Shown: one piece after another, positions 1-9,271 of the stretch | How positions within the stretch are numbered: position 1 is the first letter of the stretch | Layout: each line of letters opens with the position of its first letter | Assembly (NCBI GenBank): GCA_965204535.1 | Contig: CBDBEV010000001.1 | Coordinates: forward strand, 1,632,001 to 1,696,000 | DNA: 64,000 bases | Direction: 5' to 3' | DNA from: a bacterium | Lineage (GTDB): Bacteria > UBA8248 | Program-made: the position numbers and the translations under genes | Notes under the pieces: generated by a model | Database searches by the model: none | What the model was told of the DNA's origin: nothing | What the model saw: only the letters and a program-made list of their open reading frames with translations

Positions 1-45
1 TGCCCCTTCGACGGACAGGATATTCGCCAAGGAAAACCTCCATCA

Positions 46-79
46 CGCCTCCCCCGGCCGTTTATCGCCGGGGGAGGCG
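46..79. terminator. GC-rich stem-loop downstream of the binding-protein gene
   Basis: Inverted repeat cgcctcccccggc (46-58) / gccgggggaggcg (67-79) just after the stop at 91; no clear U-tract. Confidence 0.5.
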
Positions 80-90
80 ACCGCTAACGT

Positions 91-1428
91 CTAACCGTAA
101 CGCCTCTTCAGTCTGTTCCACTGCTTGGTCAGGGTCTTGAGCGTGCCGACAATATCGGCCTGACCCAGGATCGCCTTGTGGACGCGCGGACGCATGAACT
201 GATCCCACTCGGCGTACCATACGGCCTTCTGTCCGTCCTTGGGCTTGCTGAGCCCCATCTGGCTCTCGAACAGTTTCGCCTCGCCCCACTTGTTCGCGGC
301 TGAGATAATGTCGGGGTCCTTGAACAGCGGTGCGTGGCCGAAGCCCAGACCGAACTCCGTGAACCACTTCTTTGCCGTGCGGTAGGTGCCCGATTTGTCC
401 TTGCCGCCCAGGAAGTCCACCATCTTCCAGGACATCGCCTTGCGAGCGGGGTCCTTCGCGGCCGAGGCGGTCATGCTGTAGCACCGCGTCCATCCGCAGA
501 CGTGTGGTTTGGCGTTGTTGGCGGTCGGAATCAGCGCCATCTTGATCTTGCCGGCCACCTTCGAGGACTTGGGCTCGTTCGCGGCCCGCAGCCGGTAGTT
601 CGGCAGGATGGCGAAGCTGCCCGTGCCGCTGCTGAAGGCCTTGAGCGCGGCGACCTCGTTCATCTCCATGAAGCCGGGCTGCGTGATCTTGTGCTTCTTG
701 GCCGCGTCGATGATCCACTGGATCGACTGCGCCACCGCTGAATCCGGTTTGTCGTAGCCCATGACGTTGTATTTCTCGTCGACGAACCTTCCGCCCCGGC
801 TGTACATCATGGTGAAGAGCATCTCGCCCATCCAGAAGTCGGCTTTCAGGAACTGCAGGAAGGGATACTCCTGAATCCCCTTGCTCTTGATCTGGAGGCT
901 CTGCTGGACCACCTCGTCCCAGGTCTTGGGCGGAGCGCCGATGCCCGCCTTCTCCAGATGCTCCTCGTTGTAGAGGAACGCCATGTGGCCCACGTAGTAG
1001 GGCAGGCCGTAGAGCTTGCCGTTGTAGGTGAGCGCGTCGGCGGTCGGGCCGATGAACTCTTTTCTGTACTCATCCACGCGCGGGAACTCGTCGATGGGAT
1101 ACAGCCAGCCCGCCTCCACGAACTCGGCGAGGTGTCCGTCGATCATGTAGATGACGTCCAGGGGCGTGTTGCCCGTGAACTTGACCACCAGCGCGTCGTG
1201 GTACTTGCTGCCCGGCGTGTTCCCGTAGTTGATCTTGACCTTGGCGAGCTTCTCGAATTCGGCGATGCGCTGCTTCACGAAGCTGATGCCGTAGGTCCAG
1301 CTGTAGAAGTTGAGCGTCTTCACCATCGCCGCCGAGGGCGTCGCCCGCGATACAGGCAAGGCCATGGCGGCCGTTCCAAGTGCGGCATTGCGAAGGAGTT
1401 TCCGACGACTCAATCCGAGTTCTTTCAT
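91..1428 (-). CDS. ABC transporter substrate-binding protein (family 1, sugar-type), Tat-exported
   Basis: N-terminal SRRKLL twin-arginine motif; YNGKLYGLPY..FLYN..L...G...PKTWDE signature; GGAGGG RBS upstream of ATG at 1428. Confidence 0.9.
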   Translation of the reverse strand: MKELGLSRRKLLRNAALGTAAMALPVSRATPSAAMVKTLNFYSWTYGISFVKQRIAEFEKLAKVKINYGNTPGSKYHDALVVKFTGNTPLDVIYMIDGHLAEFVEAGWLYPIDEFPRVDEYRKEFIGPTADALTYNGKLYGLPYYVGHMAFLYNEEHLEKAGIGAPPKTWDEVVQQSLQIKSKGIQEYPFLQFLKADFWMGEMLFTMMYSRGGRFVDEKYNVMGYDKPDSAVAQSIQWIIDAAKKHKITQPGFMEMNEVAALKAFSSGTGSFAILPNYRLRAANEPKSSKVAGKIKMALIPTANNAKPHVCGWTRCYSMTASAAKDPARKAMSWKMVDFLGGKDKSGTYRTAKKWFTEFGLGFGHAPLFKDPDIISAANKWGEAKLFESQMGLSKPKDGQKAVWYAEWDQFMRPRVHKAILGQADIVGTLKTLTKQWNRLKRRYG

Positions 1429-1805
1429 GGTCAACCCTCCATCGTCGCCCAGGAGAACCGTGCTCCCCTATGGCAGGGCGACCGCCATCGGGGGCAGAAC
1501 CAAGCCACAACACCAATCAAGAAGCCCTCCGCCGGGCTCCTGAATCACTCAGATGTGCAGACGAAGAGAGGGAAGGGTTCTCACGGCAGGAGGCGAAACG
1601 GGGCACGAAGGCCCTGGAGGCGACGATACCACCGGTTCGCGATTCCCACTCTCCGGCGTTCGATAAATCCTCTTGCAACCTCGACCAACCTTACAAGTAT
1701 GCCGAAATGCTAGCAGGGTTCCCCCAGTCTGTCAATTTTGCGCTTTTCGGGCAAACCTAGGAAACCCCCACCCGTGCGGGCTGTCGTCTCCCGGTAAATC
1801 CGATC

Positions 1806-2198
1806 CTAATTGCGCGAGACGAGCTCGATGCTGATGTCGTCAGGCCCTCTGATGAAGGCGATCTTGGTCCCCGGGCCGATCTCCCACGGGTCGCAGATGA
1901 AATCAGCCCCTTTCGCGCGCAGGTCGGCCTCGGCCCCCTCCATGTCGTCGACGACGAGGCCGAAATGATCGAGGCCATAGCGCGGGTCGCTCGTCGTGCG
2001 CACGGGGTTCTCGCCCTCCGCCCGGCCCGATACCAGAAAGCTCATGCCGTTCAGATCGAAGCGGAAAATCGGCGAGCCGCCCAGGTCGCCCTCATCCATC
2101 ACCTTCGCGCCGAACATCTCCTCCCAGAACTTTCTGGCGGCATGGGGGTCCTCGCTTCGGAAGTGCAAGTGATCGTAACCATAGGTGGGCATGGACAT
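1806..2198 (-). CDS. VOC/glyoxalase family protein
   Basis: DHLHF, DHFGLVVDD and FIRGPDDISIEL motifs. Confidence 0.88.
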   Translation of the reverse strand: MSMPTYGYDHLHFRSEDPHAARKFWEEMFGAKVMDEGDLGGSPIFRFDLNGMSFLVSGRAEGENPVRTTSDPRYGLDHFGLVVDDMEGAEADLRAKGADFICDPWEIGPGTKIAFIRGPDDISIELVSRN

Positions 2199-2432
2199 CG
2201 TTTCCCCTCCAGAAAAAGTGAGCTGAAAAAGAGGAGGCCTCCTCCCTCCCGGCTGTTCAGGTCGAACTTGAATAGATAAGAGAAATTATAGTGGCGTTTG
2301 CGGTTTGGTTGTCAAGAAGGGAGATTTGGCGGCTGTTGAAAAAGCATTGATACATGAGATTTTGACATGACAGTTCACGGAAGACGTGCTGAATTCGCTT
2401 TTACTCGTCATTGTTCGGTCGGCAAACAAGAA

Positions 2433-2460
2433 TGTAGGGACAGGCCCCCGTGCCTGTCCG
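2433..2460 (+). repeat. GTAG-type REP-like palindrome
   Basis: tGTAG-ggacaggc-ccccgt-gcctgtcc: GTAG followed by a hairpin. Confidence 0.6.
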
Positions 2461-2490
2461 AGGCCCCCGTTTTACAAGGAACAACCACAG

Positions 2491-2697
2491 GGGGTTGTTG
2501 AATAAGTCATTGTCAAAAGAATAACCCCCCCTACCCCCCCTTGTCAGGGGGGCAAGAAAAAGCAAAACCCCCTCGGCCCGGAGGGGGCGCATCGCCTTTT
2601 TATACCCCCCTGACAAGGGGGGGTAGGGGGGGTTGCTTTTCCAGTCGAGCGGGACGTCCACTCTACCCCCGAAAAAGGGGACTTTTTCAACAGCTCC
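2491..2697. mobile_element. MITE-like non-autonomous element, copy A
   Basis: Imperfect 18-bp terminal inverted repeats ggggttgttgaataagtc / gactttttcaacagctcc; internal ~30-bp inverted repeat (2523-2552 / 2605-2634); no credible ORF. Confidence 0.65.
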
Positions 2698-2740
2698 CCT
2701 TAAGGGGAAGTGAAGTCACTCCCCGGTCGGTTATGACCCC

Positions 2741-3118
2741 TCACCCTCCCGGCAGGATGACGTAGAGATCCTCCCCGTCGACCTCCACGGGAAAGCGCTG
2801 AATTTTTCTTCTCCTGTTGGCGAGGCATTCCCCCGTCCTGACCTCAAACTCCCAGCCGTGCATGGGGCACGCGAGAACGTCCGCCTCATCGCGCGCGTAG
2901 CGCTCGCGCACCCTGCCGTCATCCGCCACAGTTGCCGTGATCTCGCGGAAGAGGTTCCCCGAGCACACGGGACCCTGCTGGTGCGGACATTTGTCCTCCA
3001 GCGCGAAAAAGCCGTCACTCAAGCGGAATATCCCGAGATTGAGGCCGCCGAGTTCGAGGCGAATCCGCTCGCCGGGGCCTATTTCGGAGGCGCGCGCCGC
3101 CCAGAGCCGCCTCGCCAT
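2741..3118 (-). CDS. Rieske [2Fe-2S] ferredoxin
   Basis: CPHQQG...CPMHGWEF Rieske ligand motifs; abuts the amidohydrolase stop. Confidence 0.92.
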   Translation of the reverse strand: MARRLWAARASEIGPGERIRLELGGLNLGIFRLSDGFFALEDKCPHQQGPVCSGNLFREITATVADDGRVRERYARDEADVLACPMHGWEFEVRTGECLANRRRKIQRFPVEVDGEDLYVILPGG

Positions 3119-4231
3119 CTAGGCGCTCGCCTCCAGGTTCACCGTCTTCTCCGTGAAGCGGAAGACGCCGAGCGCGTTCTCGCCCATGATCTTGCGGCGG
3201 CCCGCATCGCTTAAGAACGGGAGGTCGGCGACCGCCGAGGGTTCGTCGTAATCGAAATGGGGCCAGTCGCTCGCGTAGATGAAGGTGTTCTCCGCATCGA
3301 GCAGGCCGAAGAACATCTTCAAGTGCTTTCTCGGCATATCCTCCATCGGCTGGGTGCCGAAGTAGAAATCCTTGATGTATTCGCTCGGCAGCTTCCGGAG
3401 CAGGGGGGCTTCCACGCGGCGGCGCATGTATTCGGTGTCGAGGCGGTACATGAGGCCCGCCACCCAGGTGATGCCGCTTTCCTGAAATACGATCTTGAGG
3501 TCCGGGAACCGTTCGGGCACGCCCTCCATCACCATGCTCACGAGCTGCACCTGGTTGCACCACGTCATGTCCAGCGCGTGGCTCTCCAAAAAGGAGGGAA
3601 ACTTGGCGAAGCTCGAAAGGTCGGGCCCGAGGAAGTTCGCGTGCAAGACGACCGGGAGCCCGTGGTGCTGCGCGGCCTCGTAGATGGGGTTGTACGCCTC
3701 GGCCCCCAGGGGAAGCTCGACGCTTCCGAGCATCTCCACCCCGCAGACGGCGGGGTCGCCCGCCACGCGGTCTATCATCTTCGCCGCGCGCACCGGATCA
3801 CGGCCCGCGGCCACCACCAGCGTGTAGATTCCTTCTTCTGGCGCGCATACGCCGTCCAGCATGTAGTCGATGTAGCCGTTGCAGATGTCCATGGCGTGGT
3901 TCGCGTTGCGCACGAACTCGACCATGAGCATGTAGGTGGGGATCATGACGATGGTGTCGATCCCGAAGCGCTCCATCACGACGGGAATGTCGGCGGGACT
4001 CGACATGCCGAGCATCTCGTCCTGATCGCCCTTGCCCGCTTCCGCCCCCCGCACGGTGCGCCCGTGGAGCATGACGTCGTACTGCTCCCCCACCAGGGCG
4101 GGCATGTGGTACTGCCCGCTCCAGTCGGCGAAGCGCTCGACGGAGGGGCCCTTGAGATACTTGGCGAAATCGCGGATTTCCTCGAGATAGTGCGCGTCGG
4201 CGTCCACGACGTGCATGCCCCGGTAGCCCAT
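3119..4231 (-). CDS. Amidohydrolase family protein (Amidohydro_2 type)
   Basis: DADAH, LPVVLH, RFPDLKIVFQESG and ASDWPH motifs; start trimmed to MGYRGMH. Confidence 0.88.
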   Translation of the reverse strand: MGYRGMHVVDADAHYLEEIRDFAKYLKGPSVERFADWSGQYHMPALVGEQYDVMLHGRTVRGAEAGKGDQDEMLGMSSPADIPVVMERFGIDTIVMIPTYMLMVEFVRNANHAMDICNGYIDYMLDGVCAPEEGIYTLVVAAGRDPVRAAKMIDRVAGDPAVCGVEMLGSVELPLGAEAYNPIYEAAQHHGLPVVLHANFLGPDLSSFAKFPSFLESHALDMTWCNQVQLVSMVMEGVPERFPDLKIVFQESGITWVAGLMYRLDTEYMRRRVEAPLLRKLPSEYIKDFYFGTQPMEDMPRKHLKMFFGLLDAENTFIYASDWPHFDYDEPSAVADLPFLSDAGRRKIMGENALGVFRFTEKTVNLEASA

Positions 4232-4339
4232 GACTTTCTCCCTGCCAGGCTGAAGTTGATTCCAAAAGGTTTCGCCGGATGATAGCATTCTCCCCGTTTC
4301 CTGAACACGCAGGCGAACGCTTTCTCGTGAGGACAATCC

Positions 4340-5551
4340 ATGAACGATGAACAAACCGCGCGCATGCCCCTCGCGGGCGTGCGGGTCGTGGACATGTCGA
4401 ACTATCTGGCGGGGCCGCTCTGCACGATGTATCTCGCCGACTACGGGGCGGATGTCGTCAAGATCGAAAATCCCAGGGGCGGCGACCCCATGCGCCTTTG
4501 GGGCCACAACAAAAACGGCGTGGGCCTCTACTACAAGATGATCAACCGCAACAAGAAGAGCGTGACGCTCGACTTGAGAACCCCCTTCGGCGTCGAGGCG
4601 GTGAAGAAACTCGTGGCCGGGGCCGACGTGGTGGTGGAGAACTACCGCACCGGCGTACTCGAAAAATGGGGGCTCGATTATGAGAACTTAAAAGCGGTGA
4701 ACCCCGCCGTCATCATGCTCTCCATCACGGGATTCGGCAGGACGGGGCCGTACAGGAACCGCCCCGGCTTCGGCTCCCTGGCCGAGGCCTTCGCGGGCTT
4801 CAGCCACATCAACGGCTACCCGGACGGCCCGCCGCTCAGCCCCTCCTGGGGGCTGGGGGATTGCTCGACGGGCATCGGGGCGGCGTTTCTGGTGATGACC
4901 GCCCTGTTCGAGCGCGAGCGGAGGGGCGGCGAGGGCCAGCAGATCGATCTCGCCATCTACGAGCAGCTGCTCACCATGCTGGGCCCCCAGGTGATCTACT
5001 ACGACCAACTCGATTTCATTCAGGGCCGGAGCGGCTCGCGCCTCGAGTTCGCGGTGCCGAGGAACAACTTCGAGACCAAAGACGGCCATTGGGTGCTCAT
5101 CGCGGGGTCGAACCAGTCCATCTTCGAGAACATCTGCAAGGGTCTGGGCCGCGAGGATTTGATTGCGGATCCGAGGTTCGCCGACAACCGCGAGCGCATG
5201 AAAAACGCGGACGCCATCGAGGACGAACTCCAGAAGACGTTAAGGACTCTGACGCTCGATGAGGTGATGGCGCGCTTGACCGAGTTCGAGGGCGCCGCCA
5301 CCCCCATCAACAACGTGAAAATGGTGGTGGAGAACGAACAGATCGTCGCGCGCGGGAACATCACCGAGGTGCAAGACGCCGAACTCGGCGGCCCGGTGCG
5401 GATGCAGGATGCCTTCGGCAAACTGTCGCGCACGCCCGGCAAGGTGCGCCACGCGGGCGAGCCTCTCGGGAACAGCAACCGCGAGGTCCTGGTGGAGCGC
5501 CTCGGCTACACGGAAGAAAAACTCAAGAGCGAGGGAATCGATTTGGGGTGA
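4340..5551 (+). CDS. Class III CoA-transferase (CaiB/BaiF family)
   Basis: PLAGVRVVD, AGPLCTMYLADYGADVVKIE, NRNKKSVTLDL and ADVVVENYR motifs. Confidence 0.93.
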   Translation: MNDEQTARMPLAGVRVVDMSNYLAGPLCTMYLADYGADVVKIENPRGGDPMRLWGHNKNGVGLYYKMINRNKKSVTLDLRTPFGVEAVKKLVAGADVVVENYRTGVLEKWGLDYENLKAVNPAVIMLSITGFGRTGPYRNRPGFGSLAEAFAGFSHINGYPDGPPLSPSWGLGDCSTGIGAAFLVMTALFERERRGGEGQQIDLAIYEQLLTMLGPQVIYYDQLDFIQGRSGSRLEFAVPRNNFETKDGHWVLIAGSNQSIFENICKGLGREDLIADPRFADNRERMKNADAIEDELQKTLRTLTLDEVMARLTEFEGAATPINNVKMVVENEQIVARGNITEVQDAELGGPVRMQDAFGKLSRTPGKVRHAGEPLGNSNREVLVERLGYTEEKLKSEGIDLG

Positions 5552-5633
5552 TGGGAAGTCAATCGCGACCGGTAAAGGGTAGTTGAAAACACCCTCGGCG
5601 GGGACGCCTTTCACGGGCGATGGTTTTGCATTT

Positions 5634-5658
5634 GTAGGGTCAAACATATATGTCTGAC
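5634..5658 (+). repeat. GTAG-type REP-like palindrome
   Basis: tGTAG-ggtcaaacat-at-atgtctgac imperfect hairpin. Confidence 0.45.
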
Positions 5659-5688
5659 ATGCCATGCGACCCGAATTCCGAACAGGAA

Positions 5689-5957
5689 GGGGCTGTTAAT
5701 AAAGTCATCCTTGGTCGTAATGACGGCCAAAACCCGAAACCGGGCGGAGGCGCAGTCTGTCGCCTTGAAAACCAACCCCCCCTATCCCCCCTTGACAGGG
5801 GTCAAACGCGAGTGATGAACGAGCGTTTGCATGAGCCATTGATGAGAAACACATCGTCTTGCAAAACCTCCCTCTTCGGTCGGTTTTGACCCCTGTCAAG
5901 GGGGGATAGGGGGGGTTGCCTTTATCCCCTGACAAGACGGGCTTTTTCAACAACCCC
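5689..5957. mobile_element. MITE-like non-autonomous element, copy B
   Basis: Terminal inverted repeats ggggctgttaataaagtc / ggctttttcaacaacccc resemble copy A; internal 33-bp inverted repeat 5774-5806 / 5885-5917. Confidence 0.65.
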
Positions 5958-5976
5958 CAAAAGGGCCGCATGTATG

Positions 5977-6010
5977 CGTGGGCAATCCCGAGGAGGGATT
6001 GTCCACTACA
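5977..6010 (-). repeat. GTAG-type REP-like palindrome
   Basis: Minus strand reads tGTAG-tggacaatccc-tcctc-gggattgccca. Confidence 0.5.
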
Positions 6011-6029
6011 AAACCCTCGTCCCGCCCGC

Positions 6030-7022
6030 TTAGAACCGCACGGCCAGTTCATCCACCGCCTGGGTGGTGCGGGCGTCCTCATCCACGAGGAGCCACTCGG
6101 GCGTGGGCGTCTTCGTGAAGCTCTTGCCCGCCTTTAACACCGTGCCGTGCAGGGGCGCTTCCATGGCGTCGGCCAGCTTTTCCGCCAGGCGGACCAGGGC
6201 GTCCACGTCCACCCCCGTTTCCACCTCCATCAGCCAGAGCATGTGGGCCAGGTCTTCAGTCGATATGTTGCCCGAAGCGTTCGGCGCGAAGGGGCATCCC
6301 CCGATGCCGCCCAAGGAACCGTCCAGCACGGTGGCCCCCGCCTGCATCGAAGCCAGGGCGTTGGCGAGGCCCATCCCGCGCGTGTTGTGGAGATGGACGA
6401 CGAGGCCCTTCTCCGGCCAGCGCTTCTTAAGCTCGCTCACCATGCGCGCCATCCGCGCGGGGTCGCCCATGCCCATCGAATCGCAGAGGAAAAACTCGTC
6501 CACGCCCAACCCGACGTATTTTTCGGCGACATCGTAGACCACCTCTTCCGCCACGCGCCCGGTGTAGGGACACCCCGTCGAGAGGCTGATCGCCCCGCTG
6601 AAAGGGATGCCCGCGCCCTTCACGATCTTGGAGATTTTGGCCATCTCCTCCAGGCTCTGCTTCACGGAGCGGTTCACGTTCGCGCGGTTGTGCACGTCGG
6701 TGATGGAGATGACCTGCTGCACCCCGTCGCTTCCTGCGTCCACCGCCCGGCGCGCGCCGCGCTCGTTGGCGACGAGGCACTCGTAGGTCACGCCCGGCTT
6801 TCGCTTGATGCGGCGCATCACCTCGTCCGCGTCCGCCGTGGCCGGCACGGCCTTGGGGTTCATGAAGCTCGTGGCCTCGATGCGGCGGATGCCTGCGTCC
6901 GCCAGACCTTCGATGATCTCGACTTTTAATTCGGTGGGCAGCACCTGTTTCAGGTTCTGGATGCCGTCGCGCATGACGACGTCGCGCACGAGAACGCTCG
7001 AAGGAAGCTGGGGGTTCGACAT
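6030..7022 (-). CDS. Hydroxymethylglutaryl-CoA lyase-like protein (DRE-TIM metallolyase)
   Basis: RDGIQN, EATSF, HLHNTRGMGLAN and GGIGGCPFAPNASGNISTEDL motifs. Confidence 0.92.
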   Translation of the reverse strand: MSNPQLPSSVLVRDVVMRDGIQNLKQVLPTELKVEIIEGLADAGIRRIEATSFMNPKAVPATADADEVMRRIKRKPGVTYECLVANERGARRAVDAGSDGVQQVISITDVHNRANVNRSVKQSLEEMAKISKIVKGAGIPFSGAISLSTGCPYTGRVAEEVVYDVAEKYVGLGVDEFFLCDSMGMGDPARMARMVSELKKRWPEKGLVVHLHNTRGMGLANALASMQAGATVLDGSLGGIGGCPFAPNASGNISTEDLAHMLWLMEVETGVDVDALVRLAEKLADAMEAPLHGTVLKAGKSFTKTPTPEWLLVDEDARTTQAVDELAVRF

Positions 7023-7047
7023 GGAAGGTATCCTCCCGCCGGGGGCG

Positions 7048-7977
7048 CTACTCGGCCAGACGCTTCATTCTCGGGTCGAGCACGTCGCGCAGCCAGTCGC
7101 CCAGAAGGTTCACGCTCAACACCGTGAGCATGAGGATGAGGCCCGGGAAGAGCGCTATCCACCAGGCCGTGTCGAGGAAACTCCTGCCGTCGGCGAGCAT
7201 TCCGCCCCACGTCGGCGTGGGAGGCGGCACGCCCAGCCCGAGGAAGGAGAGCGCCGATTCGATGATGATCATCCGGCCCAGGTAGAGGGTGGCGATGACG
7301 ATGGTCGTGGAAGCCACGTTCGGGAAGAGATAGATGAACAGAATCCGCACCGTGCCGCAGCCGGTCGCCCTCGCTCCGGTGACGAACTCGTTCTCCTTGA
7401 TGGAGAGCACCTCCGCGCGCACCACCCGCGCGTAGACGAGCCAGGTCCTGAGCGCGATGACCAGGACGATGTTCTGGAGACTCGGCCCCAGTATCGCCAC
7501 CAGGCTGATGGCGAGCAGGATGAACGGAACGGCAAGGGCCGTATCGATGATGCGGCTGATGATGGTGTCGATCCAGCCGCCGAAATAGCCCGCGATGATG
7601 CCGACGGTGATGCCGATGAGTCCGCTCACGATGACGGCGGCGATGCCGACGATGAGCGAGATGCGCGACCCCCAGACGATGCGGCTCAGGATATCGCGGC
7701 CCTGCTGGTCGGTGCCGAGCCAGTAGGTGTCTCCCGCCTTGTCCACGAAGCCGGGGGGTTTCAGGTAGCGTCCCAGGTCCTGGGAGAGCGGGTCCAGCGG
7801 AGAGAACAACTCGGGCACGAGGGCGAAGATGATGACGAGGGAGACGAAGAACGCGCCGAATATCGCCGGCGGCCTGCGCCTTAACTCCTGCATGGCGAGT
7901 TGAAAATCGCTCGGCCCCCGTTCGGTATCCTCATCGATTTCGATGTCGAGCGTCGCCGCCCTGTCGTCGACAACCAT
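7048..7977 (-). CDS. ABC transporter permease, DppC/OppC family
   Basis: LGTDQQGRDILSRIVWGSRISL, EAA-like loop and ESALSFLGLG..PPTPTWG. Confidence 0.93.
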   Translation of the reverse strand: MVVDDRAATLDIEIDEDTERGPSDFQLAMQELRRRPPAIFGAFFVSLVIIFALVPELFSPLDPLSQDLGRYLKPPGFVDKAGDTYWLGTDQQGRDILSRIVWGSRISLIVGIAAVIVSGLIGITVGIIAGYFGGWIDTIISRIIDTALAVPFILLAISLVAILGPSLQNIVLVIALRTWLVYARVVRAEVLSIKENEFVTGARATGCGTVRILFIYLFPNVASTTIVIATLYLGRMIIIESALSFLGLGVPPPTPTWGGMLADGRSFLDTAWWIALFPGLILMLTVLSVNLLGDWLRDVLDPRMKRLAE

Positions 7978-7993
7978 CGTGTGTCCTTACCCC

Positions 7994-9013
7994 TTAGCTA
8001 TAGGAAATCCTCGGGTCGAGCCATGCGTACAAGATGTCGACCACGAGGTTCACGAAAACGAACACGAACGCCAAAAGCGCCACCGCCGCCTGGACGATGG
8101 GGTAGTCCTGGTTGTTGATGGCGTCCACCACCAGAAAGCCCACGCCCGGCCACGCGAAGACGGCCTCGGTCACCACCGTGCCGCCGAGCAGAATGCCGAG
8201 TTCGAAACCCACCAGGGTGACGACGGGGATGGATGCGTTCTTGAGCGCGTGGCGAATCACCACGAGCCACTCCACGATTCCCTTCGAGCGCGCCGTGCGC
8301 ACGTAGTCCATGCCCAGCACGTCGAGCATCTGGGAGCGCACGAGGCGCGTGATGCGCGCGGTGGCGTAAAGACCCGCCGTGATCGACGGCAGGATGATGT
8401 AATACCAGGCGTCGTAACCCGAGGTGGGAAGCCAGCCGAGATACACGGCGAAGAATATGATGAGCAAAAGGCCGAGCCAGAAGTTCGGCATCGACTGGCC
8501 GAACATCGCGCCGACCGAACTGGAATAGTCGATCCACGTATTGCGGAAGGTGGCAGACAAGACTCCGGCGGGTATGGATATCACCACGGCTATCAGGACC
8601 GCCACCAGGGCGAGGAGAACGGTGTTGGGGAAATGCTCGAGCACGAGGCCCATCGCCGGTATCTCGTGCCTATAGGAAAACCCGAAATCGCCTCGAATCA
8701 CGCCCTTGGTGCGGACGATCTTGGGCGCGTCGGGGTCGCGTTCGAGTTCATCGACCTTCACTTTCTCTCTGTCTGTGCCGAGCAGGTCGTCCACCAGGTC
8801 CGATCCCAGGATGAACTTGGCGAACTGGATCGGTATGGGCTGATCGAAGCCCATCTCCTTGCTGAAGGCCTCGATGTCCTCTTCGGTGGAATCGAGCGGC
8901 ATGAGGACCGCCGCGGGATTCCCCGTGATCTGGAGCATCGAGAACACGAGGATCAGTATCGCCCCGAACACGATGAAGCTTTGCAGGCAGCGTCTGATGA
9001 TATAGGTGCGCAT
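7994..9013 (-). CDS. ABC transporter permease, DppB/OppB family
   Basis: GDFGFSY, SMPNFWLG, DYVRTARSKG, RHALKNA and YAWLDPRI. Confidence 0.93.
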   Translation of the reverse strand: MRTYIIRRCLQSFIVFGAILILVFSMLQITGNPAAVLMPLDSTEEDIEAFSKEMGFDQPIPIQFAKFILGSDLVDDLLGTDREKVKVDELERDPDAPKIVRTKGVIRGDFGFSYRHEIPAMGLVLEHFPNTVLLALVAVLIAVVISIPAGVLSATFRNTWIDYSSSVGAMFGQSMPNFWLGLLLIIFFAVYLGWLPTSGYDAWYYIILPSITAGLYATARITRLVRSQMLDVLGMDYVRTARSKGIVEWLVVIRHALKNASIPVVTLVGFELGILLGGTVVTEAVFAWPGVGFLVVDAINNQDYPIVQAAVALLAFVFVFVNLVVDILYAWLDPRISYS

Positions 9014-9271
9014 GGTGAAACCCTTGCCGAAAAACGATTGAATACAAATACGCCATATATACGTGAGAGATTACTTATCCCCTTCTTTCGGCGGCTCGTC
9101 AAGAGCCGTGGCACTTGCGCATAACCTGAAGCCATTCAAACCTGCATGCGCGGTGCGCCTCCCCGCTTCATGGACAACCCGCGCCTTCGTTCTGTAGGAT
9201 GCGGAAATTGCGATGCACGACCCCCATACATGCGAAAATCTTTGCGCTTTCATCACCGAAAGGAGAAACCC

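Noticed and set aside
3119-4507. Extended 462-aa start of the amidohydrolase
   Set aside because: The extension overlaps the divergent CoA-transferase; family motifs begin at the ATG at 4231
2491-5957. Possible CRISPR array among the C/G-run repeats
   Set aside because: The repeats are inverted and dispersed, not direct repeats with regular spacers; no cas genes
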